Part shown: piece after piece, positions 31,294 to 39,884 of the stretch
How positions within the stretch are numbered: the stretch's first letter is position 1
How the letters are laid out: the number at the start of each line of letters is the position of its first letter
From: a virus
IMG/VR virus record: IMGVR_UViG_3300042356_000801
Location: 1-64,000 of that record
Strand: one strand, 5' to 3'
Length of the DNA: 64,000 nucleotides
The notes under the pieces: generated by a model
What the model saw: only the letters and a program-made list of their open reading frames with translations
Databases searched by the model: none
Told to the model about the DNA's origin: nothing
Made by a program: the position numbers and the translations under genes

Positions 31294-31424
31294 TAGTATT
31301 TCGCAATCTGAGAAAGACGATTTACTTCGGCACGAAGTTCGTCTATTACGCGATTTAGTTCATTACGCTCAGCTATTAGTTTTTCAAATAGTTTTTCAAG
31401 TTCTATTAACTCTTCAGGACTCAT
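31293..31424 (-). CDS. small coiled-coil protein
   Basis: 43 aa with heptad pattern; overlaps both neighbouring genes. Confidence 0.55.
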   Translation of the reverse strand: MSPEELIELEKLFEKLIAERNELNRVIDELRAEVNRLSQIAKY

Positions 31425-31635
31425 TATGTTTCCAACCGTTTCTAGCGTTTCTAGCATAGACAAGCGCATACGCACCAGCCATCAAAATAAATCCATACTG
31501 TTTTGTTTTAACTGCGTAAACAACCCAAAGAATCTCATTGGCTAAGTTTATTAACCAGCCCCACCAAACTCTATTGCCAGCAATTAAAAGGCCGGTAACA
31601 CCAAGAGTTCCAAGCACCCACGACCAAATACTCAT
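31414..31635 (-). CDS. small membrane protein, PnuC-like half transporter
   Basis: WWGWLI...LWVVYA...QYGF pattern, about three TM segments. Confidence 0.6.
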   Translation of the reverse strand: MSIWSWVLGTLGVTGLLIAGNRVWWGWLINLANEILWVVYAVKTKQYGFILMAGAYALVYARNARNGWKHNES

Positions 31636-32441
31636 TAAATCTCCGAGTGTTGGCCGATGAAGTCCATTAACCGTTCTGCAGTTGTATTCCCAACAATTGA
31701 AACATCACTTCTTAGCCAGCGAATAAAATCGTACCAACGAGACTGCTGGGCAGGGTTATCAAAGACAAGCGTGAACTGAACCACTGCTTGCTGACCAGCA
31801 CCTGCAGCCATTGTTGAACCACGAATAGCTATATCGTTTTGGTCAGAAGAAGAAGGGGCGACGATTCTTTTCTCACCTTCACTGTCTCTAGTGACGGTGA
31901 ACTCTTGTGGACGCAATTCAGGGACATCGTCAAATCCTTGAATCTCCGTGTTTCTATCGATAAGAACCGGTGGAACGTAACTACCACTAGTGGACATCTC
32001 ACTGCTGTTTCTGTAAACCTCTTGCTCGTATTCGGCAATCTCAAACTCATCCCAACCAAGGCCCTCTAGTAGCTCTGGGTAGTAATCGCTCACTGAACTG
32101 ATTAGTTCATAAAGAATTTCTGGTTCAGAGTAACCAAGCTCAACAGTCCTGTTGTCGGCAAGCGCAAATGCAACAGCACGAGAATCATCGCCCTCAAGAT
32201 AAATAACAGCAATCTGGTCCCATCCAAGAATCTTGGCGGCCTCCAACTGGTGATTACCGGCAATTACAGTTGCCGTTCCATCATCGTTTCTTTTGGCAAC
32301 TATGGGTTTTACTTGGCCGAACTCCGCATAGGAAGCAGTAATTGCGTCAACGTCTCCAATTCTTGGGTTCTTCTCAAGTGGCAGAAGTGTGTTTATGTCT
32401 ACCGCCATACCGATTAGTGACGGATGGATACCGTTACTCAT
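31635..32441 (-). CDS. ParB-like nuclease domain protein
   Basis: NPR.GDV..I..S...FGQ.KPI, IAGNH and ALADNR motifs. Confidence 0.82.
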   Translation of the reverse strand: MSNGIHPSLIGMAVDINTLLPLEKNPRIGDVDAITASYAEFGQVKPIVAKRNDDGTATVIAGNHQLEAAKILGWDQIAVIYLEGDDSRAVAFALADNRTVELGYSEPEILYELISSVSDYYPELLEGLGWDEFEIAEYEQEVYRNSSEMSTSGSYVPPVLIDRNTEIQGFDDVPELRPQEFTVTRDSEGEKRIVAPSSSDQNDIAIRGSTMAAGAGQQAVVQFTLVFDNPAQQSRWYDFIRWLRSDVSIVGNTTAERLMDFIGQHSEI

Positions 32442-32779
32442 ACTTGGTGCCTTACGTTTGCGTTGAGGGTTCTCATTGCGTCAATTGATGTGCGTAGCGA
32501 TAGAAGTTTTTCTCTCTTTGACTTAACAAGCGCTTCAGAGATTTTGTAATCAAATGAAGATTCGTCCAACTTGTAGTCTGCCCATGCTTCACGTTCCTTG
32601 ATTGAGCCTTTTGCTGATAGGTATTCTTTGGCCCAATTGGACTTGTGAAGCGCCTCTTTCTTGGCATTGTCTATAGCAAGAACTTCAAAAGCTTCTGTTT
32701 CTTCTTCTAGCATTCCTATCAAGCGAAGAAGCTCGTTTTCGATATCAACCTGACTAATTGGATTGTTTCTATTTTGCAC
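32438..32779 (-). CDS. helical hypothetical protein (possibly UvsY-like)
   Basis: 113 aa all-helical protein next to RuvC; functional call is weak. Confidence 0.45.
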   Translation of the reverse strand: MQNRNNPISQVDIENELLRLIGMLEEETEAFEVLAIDNAKKEALHKSNWAKEYLSAKGSIKEREAWADYKLDESSFDYKISEALVKSKREKLLSLRTSIDAMRTLNANVRHQV

Positions 32780-33311
32780 TTGAGTCCTTTATATTATCCA
32801 TTGCTGACCAATCTATCTTCTCTAGAGACGATAGTTGTGTTGCCGTCCAATCGTATTGGCTTTTTCCTAAATATGCAAGCCCCATCTGTTCAAGAATCCA
32901 TGCATCACATTCGTCGTCTGCGCCGGAGCCAGAAAAGACCATGCCTGTTTTGGAAGATATTGCAGAAATCACTTCCGTCTTTCCAGCGTTGCCTTTTCCT
33001 GTAGCAAACTTTGCCCTAGAAGTGGGAGGAATTTCCACGTAAGTAATCCCACATTCCCAAAAAGTCATCCTTATGCACCCGCCGAGCTCTCCAATACTGT
33101 GGGCTTGTGAGTTGCGTGACGCAAACGAGTAACCCTCAATAAGGGCGCAGTTGATTTCTTCGTCAAGACATAGCTGAAGAATCGTTTTATTTACGTAGGA
33201 AAGCCTTTCAGGGCCCTTGGCTTTTGTGGAAATAATCGAAGTTTTCCCATTTATTGAAACGCCAGTAGAAGTCAGTGAAAGGTCTAGTCCTATTAGCTTT
33301 AATTCGGGCAC
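32769..33311 (-). CDS. ruvC: RuvC-like Holliday junction resolvase
   Basis: IGLDLSLTSTG, IEGYSF, KFATGKGNAGK and DECDA motifs. Confidence 0.85.
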   Translation of the reverse strand: MPELKLIGLDLSLTSTGVSINGKTSIISTKAKGPERLSYVNKTILQLCLDEEINCALIEGYSFASRNSQAHSIGELGGCIRMTFWECGITYVEIPPTSRAKFATGKGNAGKTEVISAISSKTGMVFSGSGADDECDAWILEQMGLAYLGKSQYDWTATQLSSLEKIDWSAMDNIKDSSAK

Positions 33312-33330
33312 AAAAAGACCCTACTACATG

Positions 33331-33358
33331 AAAATCGGGCAGGACTCGTCCTACCCGA
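33331..33358 (-). terminator. hairpin / intrinsic terminator
   Basis: TCGGGTAGGAC-GA-GTCCTGCCCGA followed by TTTT on the minus strand. Confidence 0.55.
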
Positions 33359-33431
33359 CCTTCACCTATAACGGTCACAAATCTCTTGTGCTAAACAATT
33401 GTACAACAATCACAAACAGTGCTAATACAGC

Positions 33432-33466
33432 AAACAACCGCCTGTCCTGCAGAGACTGGCGGTTGT
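33432..33466 (-). terminator. hairpin / intrinsic terminator
   Basis: ACAACCGCC...GGCGGTTGT inverted repeat followed by a short T-run on the minus strand. Confidence 0.55.
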
Positions 33467-33681
33467 AGAGAAGTTAAAAAATTAATCTCCGGATTGCCGT
33501 GGTTAGGCCACTAGACATTGACCACCGTCCTTTCCTTTCTGACAGCGAGTTGTAGGTACCTGGAGTCAAGAATACATGAGTTAACGATAAGCAAACAATA
33601 AATAATTGTCTGAATAATTCAAATAATAAAAACTATCCCGTGTTATTATTTATCTATAACCCCCCTCAACTAGGAGAAAAC

Positions 33682-34035
33682 ATGTCAACAGCAGCACTTG
33701 CACCAACAACAATCGTTCTTGGAATCCCCGGAACACTTTCAACCTCAAGCATGGTTTCGGTTGCTTTGCCTTTCAACGGCAGAATCACTGGAGCATATGT
33801 TGCAGTCGTCGGCGCAGCCGCTGGTTCAGCACTCACCGCAGACCTCAAGGTTGGCACAGACGTCGCAGCATCCTTCTCAATCGCAGCAGGCGCATACGCC
33901 GATGCGGGCACACTCACAGCAGCCAACACTGACTTCGTAGCCGGTGACCTCATCAGCCTCGACGTTTCAGCTGTTGGTTCTGGTACCGCAGGTTCAAACA
34001 TGACTGTTGCTTTTACTGTTCAAGAAGGCCGTTAA
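33682..34035 (+). CDS. small beta-sandwich virion protein (possible capsid decoration)
   Basis: AGGAG RBS before ATG 33682; Ala/Gly/Thr-rich; C-ending codon bias; own terminator. Confidence 0.6.
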   Translation: MSTAALAPTTIVLGIPGTLSTSSMVSVALPFNGRITGAYVAVVGAAAGSALTADLKVGTDVAASFSIAAGAYADAGTLTAANTDFVAGDLISLDVSAVGSGTAGSNMTVAFTVQEGR

Positions 34036-34059
34036 TTAAAAATTAACCAAAATCTGATT

Positions 34060-34086
34060 AAAGCGCTTCTTCGGGGGCGCTTTTTT
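34060..34086 (+). terminator. intrinsic terminator
   Basis: AAAGCGCTTC-TTCG-GGGGCGC followed by T6. Confidence 0.88.
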
Positions 34087-34140
34087 CATGCCAAAAACAT
34101 GTCATAATATTAGCGTTCCCTAACGCCCGCAGGAGAAAAA

Positions 34141-34830
34141 ATGTCTGGAATCATCGCACCATCAATCGTCAACTACGACTGGACCGTCAAGGTCAGTGAC
34201 CCTTCTTACCTGAATGTGTCTTTCCCATTCCGTGTCAAGATTGAGTCAATCTGGTTCACCACTCAGCAGGTTTATGGTGCAACGGCAGGTCTTTGGCAAG
34301 GCGTTGAAACAACTCTTGATGTTGATACAACCGAACGACTTCTCCGCCTTGCAGCAATCAAGACCAAGAACTCCAAGACACAACACAGCCAGTACGACAA
34401 CCCATCAGATTGGATGTTTGGCTTTGAGGATGTTGAATATGACGGCTCTGTGACTGATGAACTGAAGCCAACAATGTGGCTTGGAAACCCAGATGAAGGA
34501 ATTGGCAAATTTAGTGCATTTGGCACACAGCCATACTTTGGCAATGGCGTACTTGACCTTCGCAGTACAGCCGCAACGCCTATCGATAAAGCACATGCAA
34601 TTAACTACAGTTGGAACGAAGAAGAGTACAACGCAAACACCTACCTTACAGATGTTGCCGTTATGAACACCGACGAAATCCTCCAACTGTTTGTTTATTC
34701 AGATGGCGGCGATTGGGAAGGCTACGAGAATGACGCAAAGGTCACAATCTCGGTTGCCTACACTGGTATTCACGACACAGAAAAAGCATCTGCTTCAGCC
34801 AAGCCTTGGACAGCATGGTGGAACGACTAG
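34141..34830 (+). CDS. hypothetical virion-type protein, probable paralogue of 33682-34035
   Basis: AGGAG RBS; N- and C-terminal patterns resemble the upstream protein. Confidence 0.6.
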   Translation: MSGIIAPSIVNYDWTVKVSDPSYLNVSFPFRVKIESIWFTTQQVYGATAGLWQGVETTLDVDTTERLLRLAAIKTKNSKTQHSQYDNPSDWMFGFEDVEYDGSVTDELKPTMWLGNPDEGIGKFSAFGTQPYFGNGVLDLRSTAATPIDKAHAINYSWNEEEYNANTYLTDVAVMNTDEILQLFVYSDGGDWEGYENDAKVTISVAYTGIHDTEKASASAKPWTAWWND

Positions 34831-34839
34831 TATTGCCGT

Positions 34840-35490
34840 ATGGCAAAACTACCATCAACATTTGCGCTTGATACTGGAAACAAATTAAGCGATAATTTCT
34901 TTGATATTCGTTGGCTTTCTGCTGGCATGCGTCCGCCCCCTAAAAGGTGGTATACAAATAGTGAAGAACTTCCCACCGAAGACATGACTGAGTGGGGCTG
35001 GGGTGAAGTTGACGCAGAAGGCCGTTTGGTAGTTAAGTATTACCGCGAAGAAGTTTTCGGAACAGAAGACGAAGTAACTAAACTTTGGTTTGTTCTTCTT
35101 GATGGTCGACATATTCAACCTCCTCATTTAATACTTCTTGGATTTGCGGATGGTAGATATCCTTGGGGGACCGTATTGGAGGGCGCAGAAGCCTCTCGTG
35201 TTCTTGAAAAGGAATATATGTCCACATGGGCAGCCATGATTAATTGGCGTGCTGGTGACCCAATGATTCAACAAATAACCACAGCCGAAAAATGGCGTCG
35301 CAGGCGACTTTCTGTCATGATGTTTGGCGTCTGCGATGTCGTTAACGCCTGTTACGGATTCAGCCCTGGACTAGTTCTTCATGGTGGTGCAGTCACTACA
35401 GCAGACGGTGAAAAATTACGAGAAATATATCCTACCAATAACGACCGAATACAACCACGTATTGGCTCTGTCGGTCCTCAAGAATCGTAA
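34840..35490 (+). CDS. hypothetical protein with GNAT-like C-terminal motif
   Basis: IQQITTAEKWRRRRLS resembles acetyl-CoA-binding motif A; TAGTAT 6 nt before the ATG. Confidence 0.45.
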   Translation: MAKLPSTFALDTGNKLSDNFFDIRWLSAGMRPPPKRWYTNSEELPTEDMTEWGWGEVDAEGRLVVKYYREEVFGTEDEVTKLWFVLLDGRHIQPPHLILLGFADGRYPWGTVLEGAEASRVLEKEYMSTWAAMINWRAGDPMIQQITTAEKWRRRRLSVMMFGVCDVVNACYGFSPGLVLHGGAVTTADGEKLREIYPTNNDRIQPRIGSVGPQES

Positions 35491-35852
35491 GAGTGCTTAG
35501 ATAGACCAAGGTCAAATGCAAGCTGAGGATAGTTTCCTATGCGAGTGTGGCAAGGACGACAGACACACATAAGGTTTGATTCATCAAGAATAGAGCCACC
35601 CTGGGAGCGTCTCACTAGTTCGTGAACATCCGATGATGGCCTTTGCTGATAGACAGCAAGTTCGTCATGTTGAGCAAAGACAGGACAGGCTTCACACCAT
35701 GGGCGTTCTCCTAAAAGTTTTTCTACCAATGGTCTGCGAAGTTTGTACTTCTCTTCAGTTTTCTTAGAGCGATGATTTATCTTCTTTGAAGAGTTCTTTA
35801 AAGGTGTTCTTTTTAGCGGTTTATCTGACCGCTTTATTGGCTTACGGTTCAC
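35478..35852 (-). CDS. HNH endonuclease
   Basis: CEAC...DVHE..RRSQGGS....NL..VCRPCH. Confidence 0.85.
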   Translation of the reverse strand: MNRKPIKRSDKPLKRTPLKNSSKKINHRSKKTEEKYKLRRPLVEKLLGERPWCEACPVFAQHDELAVYQQRPSSDVHELVRRSQGGSILDESNLMCVCRPCHTRIGNYPQLAFDLGLSKHSYDS

Positions 35853-36367
35853 TCTGCTGGAAAAAGGCTTGATTCATCGATTAGGTCGAATAGCCACTCG
35901 TTGTTAAGAACCGCCCACAAGGCCCTGTCTATAGATGTCTCTTCAAGTTCAAACTCACGCAAAAGAGCACGATGTTTGATAATTGCTTTCTTAAGGGTTT
36001 CCATCTCCTGCCAGCCATTTGATTCAGGAGCCTCCCCCGTATCAATCATTGCTGATACTTCATCTAGGCGTTTGTTTACGTGAAATCTAAAACGAAGAAT
36101 TTTCTTCTTTCTAGCTTCGTAAGCCTTGGATGCTTCTTGAGCAAGAATTTTTCCATCGCGACCCATTGACTCAAACCGTTCGATGTCCGACTGGTTGTCA
36201 TACTCAATGTCACCTATTTGGTCGTCAAGATTGTCAACAAGAGCCTGCAGGTGGTCCTTCCATCTACTCCAGTTTTCAGGGTCGGTCAGCATGTCTCTTT
36301 GAGTAGGGGATAGCTTGTTTTTAACTTCTTCAGCGACCATCTGAGCAAAAGTAACTTCATCAATCAT
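35849..36367 (-). CDS. hypothetical protein
   Basis: 172-aa ORF with ATGA overlaps on both sides. Confidence 0.65.
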   Translation of the reverse strand: MIDEVTFAQMVAEEVKNKLSPTQRDMLTDPENWSRWKDHLQALVDNLDDQIGDIEYDNQSDIERFESMGRDGKILAQEASKAYEARKKKILRFRFHVNKRLDEVSAMIDTGEAPESNGWQEMETLKKAIIKHRALLREFELEETSIDRALWAVLNNEWLFDLIDESSLFPAE

Positions 36368-37182
36368 TTCTTACCACCAAACATTGGGCAAATTTCCTGA
36401 TAACTGCACCAGTTGCAGAGTATCGATTTTCTTGCTTCAAACTCTCCAGTGCGACAGCATTCGTCCACTTGTTTTTTTGTATCAATAACGTGTTCAATCA
36501 TGTTTTTTGATTCACGACTTGTCACATGTTTTTTAAGTCTTACTCCGTCTTTTAGGTACAGAAGCTCTAGTTCTTTGGCTGTGCCTTTGCCCATCTTTTC
36601 CAGCATGTACGCATATATGTAAAGCTGAAAGAATTTATCCGCTTGGTACTGAGGGCGTGGAGTTTTTCCAGTTTTGTAGTCGCTCACGATAAGGGACTCG
36701 CCGTCACCGAGGGTTGAGTATCTATCAATAAAGCCCTTAATCACAACGCCTTCAATGTCTCCAGCAACTTCAAACTCAAGACCACCAGGTTCTAATTCCT
36801 GTGGGTTTTCAAGAATCCAAAGATTCTCAATACAGAACCACGAACGCCACCTAAATAGACGAATTTCTTTTTCGCTATTTACAGACGCAGTTGCTCTATC
36901 TACCCATACTTCATCCCACACCTGCTTGGCAAGGAACTTAGCGTTGTCAAGAGTTCTTTGTTCTGCGGGTAGTTTGTAAAGTTCTTCAAGAACATCGTGA
37001 ACAAAATTGCCCATGACGGCTGCTTCGCCTGAAACATCCGGAATTTGGTCAATTTTGTTATACCTGAACTTGAGTGGGCATTGGTGAAACGTTCCAATAG
37101 AAGAAGCAGAAAGGTGAGGAGGAGGTACCAACTCACTCTGAGACAAGGGTGCCACCAAACTGAATACGAACGATTTCAGCAA
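36364..37182 (-). CDS. PD-(D/E)XK RecB/Cas4-like exonuclease (true start probably near 37131-37155)
   Basis: HLSASS...CP, GNFVH, GFIDR, DYKTGK, QLYIY and C..CSY..IC motifs. Confidence 0.88.
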   Translation of the reverse strand: MLKSFVFSLVAPLSQSELVPPPHLSASSIGTFHQCPLKFRYNKIDQIPDVSGEAAVMGNFVHDVLEELYKLPAEQRTLDNAKFLAKQVWDEVWVDRATASVNSEKEIRLFRWRSWFCIENLWILENPQELEPGGLEFEVAGDIEGVVIKGFIDRYSTLGDGESLIVSDYKTGKTPRPQYQADKFFQLYIYAYMLEKMGKGTAKELELLYLKDGVRLKKHVTSRESKNMIEHVIDTKKQVDECCRTGEFEARKSILCNWCSYQEICPMFGGKK

Positions 37183-37789
37183 TCAAGTCATCTAAGTCTT
37201 GGTCTGTTGCGTTCGATTTTGTTGGCTTAGGGCGACCACCTGCATGTTGTTCCCAAAACTCATTCAGTTCTGTTTTTTGGTCGGCGTTAAGGGCCTTTGC
37301 AAGTCCTGCAAATTGGTCCCACTTATCAAGTCGGCCTTGCTCTGCTGGGGAGATGCTCATTGCTTCTTCAATATCCATTGCCTCTTCACTGCGGGCAAGG
37401 TAAAGACCTACGCCAAGAGTTTGAGCGGCTTTCTTGAGTGCGTCAGAAACGGCACCCTTCATCTCGTCACCAAGGTCAACGATATCGCCAGTCTTGGTGC
37501 GCTTGATTTTTTGTCCACCAAATCCGTCACGAACAACAGTGCTTTCAGGACGAGTTGCGTCAGTGTGCCATATTAAACGAACATGGGCAACAATGTATTC
37601 AGGGTCAAGAGAGTCTCTGTCGCAAGAGAGGATATTGAACGACCATGAGTCAATTCCTAGGACTTTATTGAGGCGAGTAATCACTTCACTTACGGGGATG
37701 TAAGTGAGAGACGCCCCACCTTTCTTGAGAATCTTTTCCATTTCACGTGGAAATGGTTCTGCTAATAGTTGGGTTATGTTGGTGTTCAT
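37133..37789 (-). CDS. Rad52/Rad22-family (Sak-like) single-strand annealing protein
   Basis: LTYI...VITRLNKVLG..SW and KGAVSDALKKAA..LGVGLYL motifs. Confidence 0.88.
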   Translation of the reverse strand: MNTNITQLLAEPFPREMEKILKKGGASLTYIPVSEVITRLNKVLGIDSWSFNILSCDRDSLDPEYIVAHVRLIWHTDATRPESTVVRDGFGGQKIKRTKTGDIVDLGDEMKGAVSDALKKAAQTLGVGLYLARSEEAMDIEEAMSISPAEQGRLDKWDQFAGLAKALNADQKTELNEFWEQHAGGRPKPTKSNATDQDLDDLIAEIVRIQFGGTLVSE

Positions 37790-38283
37790 TCTGTGTCGCC
37801 CTTTCTGACGATGATGCTTGTTTTTAGTACGCCTGTTTCGCAGTACATGTCCGGGTTGATGCCGATGTTGTTGAGCTCTTTAATTCTCCAGTAAGAAGGA
37901 GCGCAATAGGTCATTAGTTCCATTGCAATTTCCTCTGGCGATTTTACAACTTCACCAGTATCCATGTCAACTGACATTTGGCGCAATCTATTAATGACTG
38001 CCTTAGCGATGTCCTTGTGTTGCCACGCCTTACGCTCATAAGAAGACTTCTTCTCAATGACGGCATTGCCAGGGAGTGGAACCGCTGATTCCATATCCAT
38101 CATTTCTCCAAAACGATGGGCAACTGCGTCGTACACAATACCCATATCGCGTTTAGTTAGATTTAGCTGAAGGAGCATGTTTCCCGCTTCTTCAAGAGTT
38201 GCACCATCATCAATGGTTTTCATGACCTCTGCTTCTAAATCAATAATCAGAAGTCGGAGTTTTGCAATTTTGTCTAAAGACAC
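37786..38283 (-). CDS. hypothetical protein in the recombination module
   Basis: 165-aa ORF with ATGA overlap to the Rad52-like gene. Confidence 0.6.
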   Translation of the reverse strand: MSLDKIAKLRLLIIDLEAEVMKTIDDGATLEEAGNMLLQLNLTKRDMGIVYDAVAHRFGEMMDMESAVPLPGNAVIEKKSSYERKAWQHKDIAKAVINRLRQMSVDMDTGEVVKSPEEIAMELMTYCAPSYWRIKELNNIGINPDMYCETGVLKTSIIVRKGDTE

Positions 38284-38321
38284 TTTTAATACCGTCCTAT
38301 CTAGTAACTGGTCTCCCAGTA

Positions 38322-39638
38322 CTAAATGACGATAGCAATTCTTCTTCTCTGTTGCAACCCCAAACCTGCCAAATGTGTAAAAGCTCCTACAGCAGAGTCG
38401 ACTTGGTCGTCATGGTCGCAAGCTTCGGGGAATGACGAGAACTCATCAAGCCAATGAGTAAGCCACGGCCCCCTGACCACGCGGACGTTGCCGTTAGCCA
38501 TAGCGGCAGCAAATGGACGAGCCCTGGTTACCTTGTCTCCAGTAGCCCTAATCCCAGTGAAGTTGTAGCCAGGAAGTACATATCTGGCATATTGGTCCAC
38601 AAGGGCCTTTCCGGAAGAGCCAGGCTCCATTTCCATCAAGATTGGGGTATCTAGGCCGTCTTCGTAGGCTGTTTGTGCAATCAGTTGCTCTACCTTTTCG
38701 CCCTTAACCCGCACCCGTTTTACGTCCATGACATAAGCAATTCCCTGGTCAAACATCATTAGCGTGCCTACCGTATAGTCAGGGTCGGGGTTGTTTGCGC
38801 TTGGCTCGGTGGCTGCAAGGTCCCAAAAACGGACGACTTTTGCCGTATTTGAGATTGTTGGGACCTCTGATTGGTCAATAATTATGACGGATTCTCGCTC
38901 AAATAAGCTTCCGAGAGTGGTGCTCCACCAGTCGCCTTCTTCAAGCCGCCTACGCTCAATAGGGTCAAGAGCCTGCAGGGCTTGACGGTATGAGTCTGCG
39001 TCAATTCCGGGGTTGTCGGTCAGTTTTGAGGGGACAAAGATTCTTCCTTCAGAAATCCCTTCCACGATAAACCTTTGCCTAACCCAGTTCGGGGCAGGGT
39101 TGGATGCACACCTCATTCGGAGTGGGACCTCGGAAAGGGGTCCAGAGTTGGGTCGGCGTAGACGGGAGAACATGTATCGGTAGTCGGATTCACGGATTTC
39201 GGTGACTTCGTCCATCCCAATAAACTGGAATTCAGAACCCTTATAGCGAAGGTAGTCGGACTGGTTGTTTAGGTACCCAAAGGAAATTCTTGCCCCAGAT
39301 GGGAAAGTTGCCACAAAACTGTTGTTATTCCAATGAACATCGTCATAGTTGGACATCCATGACTTAAAGCGGTCCATCAAGGCTCCAGGAAGAGACAAGT
39401 CAGCAAATGTACGACGGAAAAGAATTGCTGAATAGCTAGGGATATCAACAAACTGCATGGCTGACATAAGCAGTGCGGAAGACTTTCCACCACCTGCTGC
39501 CCCACCGAACAGGGCTTCCAGCCCGTTGGTTCTCAGGAATACCTTCTGAGGCAGAGACGGCTCTTCTGGGCAGTAGTCAGACATCTTCGGTTGAAGATAT
39601 TCAAGAACACTTTCCCAGTTAGTTTGTGGTTCTGACAT
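38322..39638 (-). CDS. terL: terminase large subunit
   Basis: GGAAGGGKS (Walker A), IGMDE (Walker B), ASNP, WDLA and HDDQVD nuclease motifs. Confidence 0.93.
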   Translation of the reverse strand: MSEPQTNWESVLEYLQPKMSDYCPEEPSLPQKVFLRTNGLEALFGGAAGGGKSSALLMSAMQFVDIPSYSAILFRRTFADLSLPGALMDRFKSWMSNYDDVHWNNNSFVATFPSGARISFGYLNNQSDYLRYKGSEFQFIGMDEVTEIRESDYRYMFSRLRRPNSGPLSEVPLRMRCASNPAPNWVRQRFIVEGISEGRIFVPSKLTDNPGIDADSYRQALQALDPIERRRLEEGDWWSTTLGSLFERESVIIIDQSEVPTISNTAKVVRFWDLAATEPSANNPDPDYTVGTLMMFDQGIAYVMDVKRVRVKGEKVEQLIAQTAYEDGLDTPILMEMEPGSSGKALVDQYARYVLPGYNFTGIRATGDKVTRARPFAAAMANGNVRVVRGPWLTHWLDEFSSFPEACDHDDQVDSAVGAFTHLAGLGLQQRRRIAIVI

Positions 39639-39696
39639 TTATAATCTCCGGCTTTGTTAGACCTGATGGTACTCTAATGCGCTAGTCTGGCAGCAT

Positions 39697-39876
39697 ATGA
39701 AAATTTTGTGGTCACGATTCAAAAGTAGGCTAAACAGGTCATTGTTCGCTTATTTTTTCATGGTTTCATTTATAATACTATCTAGTATTGGTGCAGCACT
39801 TATATACCCCCCAGCCGGTTTACTGGTCGGAGGGGCTACATGTGGCTTGTTTGGTTTTCTATTAGGTCGTGAGTAA
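39697..39876 (+). CDS. small two-TM membrane protein upstream of portal (59 aa, not in the ORF track)
   Basis: MKILWSRFK...IGAALIYPPAGLLVGG...LLGRE*; TAGTCT 8 nt before the ATG. Confidence 0.65.
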   Translation: MKILWSRFKSRLNRSLFAYFFMVSFIILSSIGAALIYPPAGLLVGGATCGLFGFLLGRE

Positions 39877-39884
39877 AAAAAAAT

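Noticed and set aside
36364-37182. Cas4-like nuclease as part of a CRISPR-Cas system
   Set aside because: No array or other cas genes in the window; it is paired with a Rad52-like annealase, typical of a phage recombination module
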